IMG/VR virus record: IMGVR_UViG_3300025140_000187
Span: 1 to 47,444 of that record
Source: a virus
Taxonomy: Duplodnaviria > Caudoviricetes
DNA length: 47,444 nucleotides
Direction: 5' to 3' (one strand)
This document shows positions 9,967-19,632 of the stretch, piece after piece (position 1 is the first letter of the stretch; the number at the start of each line of letters is the position of its first letter). Both the position numbers and the translations under genes were made by a program. The notes under the pieces are model-generated. The model was not told the origin of the DNA, ran no database searches, and saw only the letters and a list, made by a program, of their open reading frames with translations.

Positions 9967-12900
9967 TTAAAAAGCCCGGGCTTTGGCTTGTTTCAAGATG
10001 TCGAGCAGTCGGGTCTCATCCCTGGCATCGACCGTGGCTGACACACTTCGGTTGCCCGCCGCCAGTTCAACCCGCACGGTGCGCACCGGTGCGGTTTCAC
10101 CTGCAAATGCAGGTCTTGGCACAGTCAACGGCGAAACCAGTGACTGGACAAGTCCACCACTGGCAAAGCCCTGTACGCGCGCGGCCAGGGCTTGCGCTGG
10201 CAGGCTCAGGTTGTTGAGCGACTCAAAAAAGCCGGTGCCAAAGCGCGATACCGCAGATCGGTTGACCACGTATTCACCGGGAGTAAGCATGGCCGGAACC
10301 GTATCGGACTTGGCCACACCACCGCCCCTGTAAAACTCACCCTGGTGCTGCTCCATGTACTCCATGAGGTCGCGTTCAAGGTCTTTGCCATAGGCCAGTG
10401 GCTGCGCCATGGCTTGCCGCCAGTTGGCCTTGATGGCATCGAGCTTTTGCTTTTCGTTGCCTGTGAGTTGCTTGCGGTTGACCAGACCGTCAAGGGTTCT
10501 GCGGTCGGTATTCGCCAGTTGGCCGTAGCCCTGCAGGGTGTCGTACTCAAATCCAATGCTCAAGGAAGCACCGTACTGCATGCGCATCCACTGCACGTAC
10601 TGGCGAAGACCAGTCATACCCAATTCGATCATTTGCTGGGCTTCGGCTGCATCTTTGTTGCGTTTAATGACGTTCGAGCCTGGGGTTACCACCGAACCGC
10701 CCGTGGCAAACCGGGCAACACCGTTGGCAATCTTTGAAAGGGCCGTGCTTCCATACTTGCGCACTGCCGCTTTGCGCAGCACATACGCGCCAGCGTCCAG
10801 CGTTCGCGGCACGGTGTCTTGATCACCAGAGCCTGGCACGGAACCACCGGTCATGCGGGCAAATGCCTGCGCAACTGGTGATGCCACTGATCCACCAACC
10901 GCAAAGTGCGGCACACCAGCGCCCACCAGACCACCCGTGGCATTGGTCTCGACCTTGGTCACATAGATCGTGTGCGTGCTCGAAGTGTTCATGCCATTCA
11001 GACTAGAGATTTCCGACCTGGCTGAATCGGCATTGGTGTTCACACTGTGCTGCGACTCGGTGCGGATGCGACCCAGCGCATTGATCATGCCCTCCACATT
11101 GTTGATCGAGGCTTGAGCTTTTTCAGAGGTGACTTGCAACTCGATCAGCGAGTTTTGCTTGGCATAGACGGTCAGTTTGTCCAGCGCCGCTTTGGCCTGA
11201 CTTACATCTGCGTCGACAGGCAGCGTTTTGCCTTCTTTGAGCAAGGCTTCATATTCCTGGAGCTTTTTCTGGGCCTGTTCCAAGTCAGCCTTGATGACCA
11301 GCAGCCGTTCTTTCTCGGCCATTGCCTTATCAAGATCAGCCATGGCTTTGTCAAACCGAGTGGTGTCTGCATCCAGCGTGACTTTCAAGCCATCTTTGAG
11401 CTTGGCGGTGATCTGGTCGATCTGGGTTTCCGTGTCTGTGAGGGTCTGCTTGATCTGGTCACGCGCTGCTACTGCGGCTTGGGCTGCCTGTTTGTGCGCC
11501 TGAGCTTGAGCGTCCAGTGACTTGACGAGAATGTCTTCGGATTCCCGAATGGCTTGAATGGATCGGTTGACCCCTTCCTTGCCCTGGGTGATGGCCGCAT
11601 CGGACTCCTTGGTCTTTTGCGCCAGTTCTGCGCGCAAGGCGTCTGCCTGGCGCATCAGATCGGCAGCCTTGTCGTACTCCTGTTTGCGCGATGCCTCGCG
11701 CGCCTGCGACTCCAACGTTACGACTTGGGTGTGCGCCTGCTCAGATGCCTTTTTGGCTTCCTCTGCCTTTTTGGCCTCGGCCGTCTGGGCGCTGCCCACT
11801 TGCACTGCCAAATCCATGGCTTTTTGCGCCAGTTGTTTGGCCTGCTCAAACTCACCAGCGGCCAGCGCATCGCGCGCCTTGCTCTGCAACTCGACAATTT
11901 GGCGTTTGCGGTCTTCCGTCGCTTCAAACTCCGTCATGCCTTGGCGGCGTAGCTCACGGATTTTTTCTTCCGTGGTCATCGTCAGCAGCCGCTTGGCTTC
12001 TTCGATTCGCTGAATTTCTGCCAGATGCCGGTTAGCTTCAGCGTTCAAAGCATCGATGTGGGCGCGATATTCCGTGGCGGCGGTGACCATGGACTGGCGT
12101 TTGGTCGCCAGAATCTCATTTTCCACCCGGGTCACGTTTGCGCTGCGCTCGGCTTCTGTTGCGCCTTGCTTGGCCGCTGCTGCCACCCTGGCAGTGGACT
12201 CGTCATCGATGAGTTTCAATGTGTCCGTGGTGGCCTTTTGCCGCAGGGTGGTCTGCTGGGTCAGCGCATCGGTGAGCAGCAGGGTTGATTTGGCGATCTG
12301 GGTTGCCTGCGAGGCTGAAGACAGATCGAGCGCCGTCTGCTCCTGCTGGTAGCGTGTTTTCACAGCATCAACCTGTTTTTGCAGGTTGGCCTCGACCATG
12401 GCAGTCAGGCCTTTGTACGCCTCAGCCATTTTTGCTGTCGCATCGGTCACCACGCCGTTAGCCTTGGTGACCGCCTGTTCCACCTCACCCAGTCGGGATT
12501 TCAGCTTTTCCACTGCGGAGTGAACAGCTTCAACGCCGCGACCGACCGCTTCTTGGGTGCCTTGGCGCACGGCTTCTAACTTCTTGGCAATCTCTTCTGC
12601 CGTGGTGGCCGCAGTGGTCATGGCCGCTTTGGCGGTGTCGGAACCCTTGGTGGCATCCGCATACATCTGGGCGAAGATCACATTCATCTCGGCCAGTCGG
12701 GCTTCATGGCGCTTGGTGGCCGCATCGATGGTGTCATTGGTGAAGATCGCAGCAAACGCCTCCCATCGGTACTGCAACTGCTCGACCGCTTTGACCAGAA
12801 TTTCGACCATGAAGATGCCAGCCTTGCGCACGATCTCGAATTTCTCGGACAACCAGGTTCCGATTTCCCAGCCCACGGCGAACGCACCGAGCACAGCAAA

Positions 12901-13983
12901 CGCGGTTTTGAGCAGGCCGACGCTGGCAATCGCAGCAGTCACCGACAAATTGGCGGTGGCCCAGGCGGCAGAAGTGGCGGTGGCAGCCGTAATGGCTGCG
13001 GCTCCGGCGGTCTGCCAAGCAATGGCCAAGGCGGGCAGCAGTCGGTAAATGAGAACCGCCAAACCCACTTCGGCAATTTTCTTGAGCCACTGCATGACCG
13101 TATCCAGATTGGTGGCGAGCCAAGTCAGGCCATCGGCGAGTTTTTTGGTGATGCCTGTGGCGGCATCGACCTGCGCGACCCACTGTCCGAAGGCGTTTTG
13201 CAGGCGCTGGAAAGCCTGACTCACCGTCGCTGGTAATTGTGAGTATTCGGCGGCGAGCTTGTCCTTCTGGCTCATCAAGGCGTTGACCACCACGTCAGCA
13301 GTGAGTCGACCCTCTTCAGCCAACTTGCGCAGCCGACCAATGGGCACGTTCAAGCCATCGGCCAGGGCTTGGGCCAGACGTGGACTGTTCTCCACCACGG
13401 AGTTGAATTCTTCACCGCGCAGCACCCCCGATGCCAAGGCCTGGCCGAATTGCAACAGGGACGACTGGGCTTCCGTGGCCGACGCACCGGACAGGCGCAG
13501 TGCCTGCGAGATGCTCTCCGTGATGGTCAAAGCATCCTTCTGTTCACCACCGAGCATGCGCACCGCCTGCTGCAACTTGCCATACAGGGTGGAGACTTCC
13601 TGAATCGGCACCCCAATGCGCTGGGCGATATCAAAGAGTGCTTTTTGCGCACTGACAAATTCATTCTGACCGGCGGTTGCCAGTTTCAGGCGTGCGCCCA
13701 TCATGTTCCAGGCATCTGCAATCTGGACAATCTCCTGCACTTTTCCCGCAGCCCAGTTGATCGACAGGAATGCCAGCAGTTGCGTTTTGGCAGTCGCCAC
13801 CTGATCGCCAAACGCTGACATGCCTGCCTTGACCTCGGCCATGCCGCGCGCGGCCTTGTCGCCAGCAGTCTTGGCCGTCGATGCCAACTCACCCAGGCTT
13901 TGCTGGGCCGAATTCAGGGCGCGTTTGAGCCCGTCATCTGCACCTTCAAGGGCGACTAAAACGGCAATGCGGTTGTTGGCCAT
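9967..13983 (-). CDS. Tail tape measure protein
   Basis: 1338 aa, Ala/Gln-rich helical; N-terminal QFGQALASGVLRGEEFNSVVEN; C-terminal DTVPAMLTPGEYVV. Confidence 0.95.
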   Translation of the reverse strand: MANNRIAVLVALEGADDGLKRALNSAQQSLGELASTAKTAGDKAARGMAEVKAGMSAFGDQVATAKTQLLAFLSINWAAGKVQEIVQIADAWNMMGARLKLATAGQNEFVSAQKALFDIAQRIGVPIQEVSTLYGKLQQAVRMLGGEQKDALTITESISQALRLSGASATEAQSSLLQFGQALASGVLRGEEFNSVVENSPRLAQALADGLNVPIGRLRKLAEEGRLTADVVVNALMSQKDKLAAEYSQLPATVSQAFQRLQNAFGQWVAQVDAATGITKKLADGLTWLATNLDTVMQWLKKIAEVGLAVLIYRLLPALAIAWQTAGAAAITAATATSAAWATANLSVTAAIASVGLLKTAFAVLGAFAVGWEIGTWLSEKFEIVRKAGIFMVEILVKAVEQLQYRWEAFAAIFTNDTIDAATKRHEARLAEMNVIFAQMYADATKGSDTAKAAMTTAATTAEEIAKKLEAVRQGTQEAVGRGVEAVHSAVEKLKSRLGEVEQAVTKANGVVTDATAKMAEAYKGLTAMVEANLQKQVDAVKTRYQQEQTALDLSSASQATQIAKSTLLLTDALTQQTTLRQKATTDTLKLIDDESTARVAAAAKQGATEAERSANVTRVENEILATKRQSMVTAATEYRAHIDALNAEANRHLAEIQRIEEAKRLLTMTTEEKIRELRRQGMTEFEATEDRKRQIVELQSKARDALAAGEFEQAKQLAQKAMDLAVQVGSAQTAEAKKAEEAKKASEQAHTQVVTLESQAREASRKQEYDKAADLMRQADALRAELAQKTKESDAAITQGKEGVNRSIQAIRESEDILVKSLDAQAQAHKQAAQAAVAARDQIKQTLTDTETQIDQITAKLKDGLKVTLDADTTRFDKAMADLDKAMAEKERLLVIKADLEQAQKKLQEYEALLKEGKTLPVDADVSQAKAALDKLTVYAKQNSLIELQVTSEKAQASINNVEGMINALGRIRTESQHSVNTNADSARSEISSLNGMNTSSTHTIYVTKVETNATGGLVGAGVPHFAVGGSVASPVAQAFARMTGGSVPGSGDQDTVPRTLDAGAYVLRKAAVRKYGSTALSKIANGVARFATGGSVVTPGSNVIKRNKDAAEAQQMIELGMTGLRQYVQWMRMQYGASLSIGFEYDTLQGYGQLANTDRRTLDGLVNRKQLTGNEKQKLDAIKANWRQAMAQPLAYGKDLERDLMEYMEQHQGEFYRGGGVAKSDTVPAMLTPGEYVVNRSAVSRFGTGFFESLNNLSLPAQALAARVQGFASGGLVQSLVSPLTVPRPAFAGETAPVRTVRVELAAGNRSVSATVDARDETRLLDILKQAKARAF

Positions 13984-14004
13984 GGGTCAGTTCAATATTG
14001 AAGG

Positions 14005-14649
14005 TCATCCGACCATGCGGATTTGTTGTTCGATGCTTGCGGCCAGTCGTGGGATGCGCCGCACCACCAGTCGCTCAATGTCGAGTCGCTTTTTGAGCAT
14101 GACGCGGGGAACGAGCACCGCAATCGGAATATCCGCACCGCGTTTCAAGCGTTTGATGCCTTGCGCTTTGCGGTACCGGCGTTTGAATCCAGCCAAGGGG
14201 CGGTCGTGCTCTTTGATGTTTTCTGCCATCAGCACCACGTTGCCCTTGGCGTTTTTGATGAAGTAGGCGTTGCCGCCTCGCATGAGTTCAGCAATTTGCG
14301 CCTTGAAGCGCTTGCGGCCAACCCGGCCATGCAAGGGAATCAGCATCTTGGCCGAAATGGTCCCGCCTTTTTCGTGCATCCCGACCCAAGGTATGCGCGA
14401 GCCCACGTACAGCGCTGGCAGGCGACTGGGGTCTTTGTCGATCACGTAGGCGGAGAACCCCTTGAGGAAGGTCTTTTTCACCACCGTCAGTTGGCTGGCA
14501 ACTTGGTCGCGCACGTCCGACTTAATTTCAACAGCCTCTTTGGCCATGGCCTTGGCCACCGCCTTTTTGACCTTGTCACGAAACTCCCCACCCCAACGGC
14601 GAAGTTGGGCTTGCGCGGCGGCGCTGTCGATTCGGATGGAGATTTTCAT
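14005..14649 (-). CDS. Basic tail-completion-like protein (DUF6441-like)
   Basis: 214 aa, Lys/Arg-rich; its ATG overlaps the TGA of the frameshifted chaperone ORF. Confidence 0.5.
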   Translation of the reverse strand: MKISIRIDSAAAQAQLRRWGGEFRDKVKKAVAKAMAKEAVEIKSDVRDQVASQLTVVKKTFLKGFSAYVIDKDPSRLPALYVGSRIPWVGMHEKGGTISAKMLIPLHGRVGRKRFKAQIAELMRGGNAYFIKNAKGNVVLMAENIKEHDRPLAGFKRRYRKAQGIKRLKRGADIPIAVLVPRVMLKKRLDIERLVVRRIPRLAASIEQQIRMVG

Positions 14650-14942
14650 GACGAGGTTGATGCAATGGTCAGACGTTCAAGCGTTTGATCAAGGTTTTTG
14701 GAGTCGCCCCTGCTGCCAATGGCAATCAGGGACAAGAGTTGGGCATCACGCGCACTGTCAATACGCACACTGGCAACAGAAAAGCCCTTCAACTGCGCCA
14801 GCGTGTAGTCCAGGATGTCTGGCAGCCGGTGGCCGTGCTCGATCAGACGCTGGGTGAGGTCGAACCAATGTTGGCTGCTTGAATTCCCTTGCCCAGACTG
14901 AACAGACCGTCGAGTTTGGGAATCACCGTTCGGGTAAAAAAA
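14646..14942 (-). CDS. -1 frame extension (gpT-like) of tail assembly chaperone
   Basis: ATG-less 98-codon frame (...WFDLTQRLIEHGHRLPDILDYTLAQL...) opening exactly at T-TTT-TTT (plus-strand A7 14936-14942) and ending in TGA at 14646. Confidence 0.75.
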   Translation of the reverse strand, partial: FFYPNGDSQTRRSVQSGQGNSSSQHWFDLTQRLIEHGHRLPDILDYTLAQLKGFSVASVRIDSARDAQLLSLIAIGSRGDSKNLDQTLERLTIASTSS

Positions 14943-15238
14943 TCAGCGTTGACCTCCATCACCTTGGCTGCCAGCAGCAACGCGTCGTCCGCTGCCAAAT
15001 CGTCCACCCACTCGCGCGGTTTTTTGACTGCGATGCCGATGGCGTTCAACAAATCATCACCACGCTCGCCAAACAGCGCCAGCCAGTTGATTTGCGGCTG
15101 GCTCAATTGCGCCATCACCGGTGAAATCACCCGCAGGAAAGCAGGCAACTGGCCCACTTTGAGGGGGGATATCGCAATGGTTTCACCTGCCACTTGCACC
15201 AGGGTGTCCTGGGGAATGAGTTTTTCCAAATCAGTCAT
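14843..15238 (-). CDS. Tail assembly chaperone (gpG-like)
   Basis: ATG at 15238 (MTDLEKL) after AAAGGTG RBS; between tail tube and tape measure; NADFF codons contain slippery heptamer. Confidence 0.8.
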   Translation of the reverse strand: MTDLEKLIPQDTLVQVAGETIAISPLKVGQLPAFLRVISPVMAQLSQPQINWLALFGERGDDLLNAIGIAVKKPREWVDDLAADDALLLAAKVMEVNADFFTRTVIPKLDGLFSLGKGIQAANIGSTSPSV

Positions 15239-15248
15239 GACGCACCTT

Positions 15249-16022
15249 TCAGATTTGGACAATGCGGCCGAACTGGCCCAGCGTTGCATCAAAAGGCTTG
15301 CTGGAATCGGCCAGCAAGGAGCCTTCCATTTCGAACTTGTTGTATTCGTTGGAGATGAACGAGATTTCCTTCAAGGGATCAAACGCCACCCGGTACAACT
15401 CCACCAAGACCTTTGCATTACCGTCGGCGGTGTTGATGCCCTCCAGCCGAAGGAAACGCTCTGGCAGGGGCTGGGTGAAGATGCCAATCTCAGTAGTGAC
15501 ACCGAAGGCGTAGCTGGCCTTCAAGGGTGCGGCGTAGGCCACGGCAGGTGTGCCTCCATCGTTCAGACGCAGCAACTGGATTGCCCCAAAGTCTTTATCG
15601 ACCGTGTAGTCCACCCCTTCGACAAGCGTTGCGGGTGTGGCGCTGCTGTCCAGAATCACCAGGCTGGCCACCTTGGGGTGGGCCAGGAAATAGCGTTCAC
15701 CCACCAAAGGTGACGCCCCAGCCAAAGGTTCGTTGGTCACAGTGCCGGGCGTGCCGACCACATAGTTGCCGTAGAGCGCCAGCGCCAGGTTTTCTTTGGT
15801 GAACTCTTCAATGGTCAGATTCACAGTGGCGGACTTTTGCTTGACCATACGGTGATCCAGCGTGCGCTGACCCGTCTGGCTCTCATAATGCTCCAGCACG
15901 TCGGTTTTGAGAGAGAGTTTCAACTCGGCCACGTTGCCGGGTGAGCGAACCTCGATGGGGTTGCCTTCAACGTCACGTTTGCCAAGGTAAACACGGCCCT
16001 GGAATGATGCATAGGTACTCAT
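15249..16022 (-). CDS. Major tail tube protein
   Basis: 257 aa, GQ/QGRVYLG-type N-terminus, canonical position before chaperone. Confidence 0.75.
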   Translation of the reverse strand: MSTYASFQGRVYLGKRDVEGNPIEVRSPGNVAELKLSLKTDVLEHYESQTGQRTLDHRMVKQKSATVNLTIEEFTKENLALALYGNYVVGTPGTVTNEPLAGASPLVGERYFLAHPKVASLVILDSSATPATLVEGVDYTVDKDFGAIQLLRLNDGGTPAVAYAAPLKASYAFGVTTEIGIFTQPLPERFLRLEGINTADGNAKVLVELYRVAFDPLKEISFISNEYNKFEMEGSLLADSSKPFDATLGQFGRIVQI

Positions 16023-16075
16023 GGTTTGGGATCCTTAAAAGTTGAAGTAAATAGACAGAAAAATGGAAAAGTGAT

Positions 16076-16522
16076 TCAGGCTTGAATGGAAATGTCAGCA
16101 ATCAGGGTGCGGTAGGTGATCTGGTAGCGAGCAGACGTGCTGGCGGCAACGCCGTCGGCGTCATCAACTTCCCACTCGGACTCGACTTCCCTCACCCCCA
16201 GCGCCAGGCCGCCCAGGTTGACGTCAAGCATCAGGGCTGCATGCGCCGCACAGAGCAAGGCATCGGCCACGGTTTCTGGAATTACTGGCGGCACGGCACG
16301 CGCCAGTGCGGTGATGCGCACCGTCAACTCGCGGGTGACACGGTCGTTGGCGCGCTCTGCCAGTGACTCACTCTCAGGAAACACCACCAAGGCTGGGCAC
16401 TGATCGCGGGTAATGGCAACACTGGGCGTGCGCCACACTGAAGCTGCCTGATCTGTGGCCACCGGGTTCAACCGCGCCACCAGCGTCTGCAAAATCCGTT
16501 CACGAATGGAGTTCGCGGCCAT
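16076..16522 (-). CDS. Tail terminator-like protein
   Basis: 148 aa, acidic C-terminus, immediately upstream of tail tube. Confidence 0.6.
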   Translation of the reverse strand: MAANSIRERILQTLVARLNPVATDQAASVWRTPSVAITRDQCPALVVFPESESLAERANDRVTRELTVRITALARAVPPVIPETVADALLCAAHAALMLDVNLGGLALGVREVESEWEVDDADGVAASTSARYQITYRTLIADISIQA

Positions 16523-16527
16523 AGGCT

Positions 16528-16833
16528 CTACACCCGCATCAGTTTGGCTCGCACCTCAGACCCGTCGCCCACGGCCATGACTTCGCGCACCTGATACGCG
16601 ACACCCTCGATCTGCACTGATTCGCGGGATTTGAGCCCCACAAAGCAAGAGTTCGGGAAGGTCATCTCGTACTCGGTGCTGACACCGAGCCCTGAGAGCA
16701 CGTCTTGATCAGGTGCAGAAAACCCGACCGAATGCGTCTGCGCGGCACCGCCATCGCTGGGTTGCCAGACGCAGATCTTGAGAAACCCGACGTTGGCAGC
16801 GGCCAGATAGATTTTTTCGACCAGTGTCGTCAT
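16528..16833 (-). CDS. Head-tail joining protein (FII-like)
   Basis: 101 aa after capsid; V.I.G..Y.VREV...GDG pattern. Confidence 0.65.
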   Translation of the reverse strand: MTTLVEKIYLAAANVGFLKICVWQPSDGGAAQTHSVGFSAPDQDVLSGLGVSTEYEMTFPNSCFVGLKSRESVQIEGVAYQVREVMAVGDGSEVRAKLMRV

Positions 16834-16846
16834 GGGTTTAACCCGA

Positions 16847-17869
16847 TCACGTCGCGGTCAGGCGCACCAACAGGGCTGGACGCTGGCACAGGGGCAGCGG
16901 GTTGCTCTGGGTGTGCAAGTCGGTGCCACGCTCAAAATGGCGCGGTGCCTGCTTGGCATAGATCGGCTGACCCAAGGTGTTGACCGTCTCGTTGAAGTCA
17001 GCCGGTGCAAAGTAGGTGGCAAAGGTGTCAATCGTGCCCAGCGGGAACGCATGCGCTTCGCCCGCTTCGATGTACGGTTTGGTCACCCAACCACCGGAGC
17101 CATCGGGTACGCTGGCTTCACCGGCGTATTCCTCAAAGGTGACCCCTGCAAACGGGAAGCCTGAGCGCATGTCGGAGCGCAGAATCTGGCTCTCGTTGAA
17201 CAGCCGGTACGCATCGACCACGCTGGGGTGGGTCACCAACTTGGTGAAAAACTCGGGCGAGACCAAGCACTGCACGCTGCTCATGCGCTCACCCATCAGA
17301 CTTTTCCCGAGGTAGCGCTTGAGATCGAGACACTTTTCCAGCACGTTGGTGGTGTCGACGTTGAGTTTGAAGCTGATGGTTTTGGGCGTGATCTTGAATT
17401 CGTCGTACAGATTCACCAGAACCCGACCATCCGCGTCGAGCACGATGCCTTTCAAGGCACCCATGCGCAGGTACTCCAGGGTGGCTGCGTGTTTGGTGCG
17501 CATGTTGTCCAGGTGCTCGGCCAGCACCGCCGCAATGGAGGCAAATTCGTTCTCGGTACCAAACGAACGCAGCCCAGAGACTTCTTCGGGCAGCACCACG
17601 TCATCGTGCGGGATGTGCGGAATCACAAAGCTGCGCAGCGTGCGCTTGCCCCGAATACCGACCGTACCGGGCGAGCCCACAGGCAGGCTGGGCAGCAAAT
17701 TGAGCACACCGGCCTTCTCTTCGAGCACGATGGTGCGGGTGCGCACCGGCTTGGCGGCAAACAGACCCAACTGGTCGAGTCGGTCATAGCGGTTGGGCAG
17801 CAGGTTGATCGCGGCTGTCAGCGATGCCATAGAAAAGGCGGGATTGAGAAACGGATTGTTGATGGCCAT
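16847..17869 (-). CDS. Major capsid protein, lambda gpE family
   Basis: 340 aa, C-terminal TQSNPLPLCQRP; follows decoration protein. Confidence 0.9.
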   Translation of the reverse strand: MAINNPFLNPAFSMASLTAAINLLPNRYDRLDQLGLFAAKPVRTRTIVLEEKAGVLNLLPSLPVGSPGTVGIRGKRTLRSFVIPHIPHDDVVLPEEVSGLRSFGTENEFASIAAVLAEHLDNMRTKHAATLEYLRMGALKGIVLDADGRVLVNLYDEFKITPKTISFKLNVDTTNVLEKCLDLKRYLGKSLMGERMSSVQCLVSPEFFTKLVTHPSVVDAYRLFNESQILRSDMRSGFPFAGVTFEEYAGEASVPDGSGGWVTKPYIEAGEAHAFPLGTIDTFATYFAPADFNETVNTLGQPIYAKQAPRHFERGTDLHTQSNPLPLCQRPALLVRLTAT

Positions 17870-17931
17870 GATGGCTTTCCTTCAAAGAGTGAGCGGGATG
17901 GGTTGAATTGGCTTGTCGTGTGCTGGAGCTA

Positions 17932-18309
17932 TCAGGCGCTTTGGCGAACCAGAATGCCCAGTGACTTGAGTTGGGCCACTGCTGAGTCACGCTCGACCAC
18001 GGTGATGGCCGCTGGCCATGTGAGTGCGTGCTGGGCCACCGTGCCGTGGCGCGCCAGCATCAGTGCATCGTCCCGGTCGACCAGATAGGCGTCGCAGTCT
18101 TGCAGCAGAACGCCACAGGCGAGTTGGCTGCCATCGGTGGCGCTCGGATCGAGTTGTTTGACCTTGCCGTTGGCAGTCACCAGCCCAAGGACAGTGCCAA
18201 GTACCAGGGTTTGGCCAGCAGTCAGGGTGGCGCGGTCGCGCGAGTAAAAGCCTTCGTCTTCATACTTGAGCAAATCGCCCAGATTGAGGGTTTGTTTGAT
18301 TTCAGCCAT
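17932..18309 (-). CDS. Head decoration protein (gpD-like)
   Basis: 125 aa, GTVLG...DPSATDGSQ..CGVL motif between protease and capsid. Confidence 0.85.
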   Translation of the reverse strand: MAEIKQTLNLGDLLKYEDEGFYSRDRATLTAGQTLVLGTVLGLVTANGKVKQLDPSATDGSQLACGVLLQDCDAYLVDRDDALMLARHGTVAQHALTWPAAITVVERDSAVAQLKSLGILVRQSA

Positions 18310-18354
18310 GGAGTTCTCCAGTCAGTAAGTGGTTGAGGTGATTTCTGGGGTGGT

Positions 18355-19623
18355 TTAGCGAGCGCCGATTCGGGCCTTGACTGCGGCAATCAGCGGGTTG
18401 TCGGGGGACGCCGGGTTGGAGGCAGCCATTTCCTGGCGCATGGCAGCATTCGGGTCAATGCGGCTGACGATTTCCGTGGATTGCTGCGCCATGGCCGTGA
18501 GCAACTGGCTGCGCACCTGACTGGGTGCCACTTTGGCTTCCAGAAAGCCTGCGATCAGGTCAGTGCGGCCAGCCAGGGTGCAGCTTTGCGCGACTTCAAT
18601 CGCATCAGAGACTGCAAATACGGAGTCGGCGGGTGAAGTGGCGGCCGATGTGGTGGTCGTGCTACCAGTTTGGGTGATTACGGAGGTGGGTTGGACGGAT
18701 TGCGTCATGGAAATTTCCTTTTCAGGTGAGGTTTCAGGGAGGGTTTGACTGCCAAGCAGTCGGGAGAGCGAGGGAACTGGTGGGGTCAGCATGGAATTGA
18801 TCTGCTTGATCGCGTCATCAAGCGTCCCCACGTCATCGGCCAGACCAGAAGCAACCGCATCTGCGCCGAAGTAAAGGGCGGCTTGGGTGCTTTTGATGGT
18901 GTTCACGCCCATGCCCCGGTGTTTGGCCACCGTGGTGGCGAACAGGTCATAAATGCGGTTGACTTCACCCTGCAAAAAGCTGTGTGCTTCACCCGAGATG
19001 GGTGCGTGCGGGTTGAGATCGTTTTTGCGGTCACCGGCAAAGACGGCGGTGTAGGCAATTCCGTCTTGCTGGTCTTTGACCGACTGGTCAACGTGCATCG
19101 CAATCACGCCAATGGAGCCCACACCGCCAGTTCGCGAGACGATCAGGCGGCTGGCGGCACTGCCCAGCGCGTACGCTGCGGAAAACGCCATGTCGTTGGC
19201 AACCGCCCATACCGGTTTGATGGCCGTCGCGGCGCGAATCCGGTCAGCCAGATCGAACACGCCAGAAGATTCGCCACCGGGAGAGTCGATGTCGAGCAGG
19301 ATGGCAGCAACGCCCGGGTCGGCCAGCGCAGTTTCGAGCGATTGAGCAATTCCGGCGTAACTGGTCAGCCCGGATTGGGCTTCAAGACCCTGAGTGCGCC
19401 GCACCAGCGTGCCATAAATGGGGATCACAGCAATACCTGACTGAGCAGCGCCGGTATCTGCCAGGGCAGCGTTTCGATCAGGCGGTGCAAAACCAGTAGG
19501 TGCCGTCAAGTCCGCCAGTCCAACGCGCGTGCCCAGCACGGAGAGGATGACATCAAGTTTTGGGCGATGGATAAGCAGCGGCGCACCAAACAGGCGTGCC
19601 GCCAAATGCGGTAACAGGTTCAT
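18355..19623 (-). CDS. S49 family prohead protease with C-terminal scaffold
   Basis: LDIDSPGG, AFSAAY, GSIGV motifs; low-complexity C-terminus. Confidence 0.92.
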   Translation of the reverse strand: MNLLPHLAARLFGAPLLIHRPKLDVILSVLGTRVGLADLTAPTGFAPPDRNAALADTGAAQSGIAVIPIYGTLVRRTQGLEAQSGLTSYAGIAQSLETALADPGVAAILLDIDSPGGESSGVFDLADRIRAATAIKPVWAVANDMAFSAAYALGSAASRLIVSRTGGVGSIGVIAMHVDQSVKDQQDGIAYTAVFAGDRKNDLNPHAPISGEAHSFLQGEVNRIYDLFATTVAKHRGMGVNTIKSTQAALYFGADAVASGLADDVGTLDDAIKQINSMLTPPVPSLSRLLGSQTLPETSPEKEISMTQSVQPTSVITQTGSTTTTSAATSPADSVFAVSDAIEVAQSCTLAGRTDLIAGFLEAKVAPSQVRSQLLTAMAQQSTEIVSRIDPNAAMRQEMAASNPASPDNPLIAAVKARIGAR

Positions 19624-19632
19624 GGAAATCCT

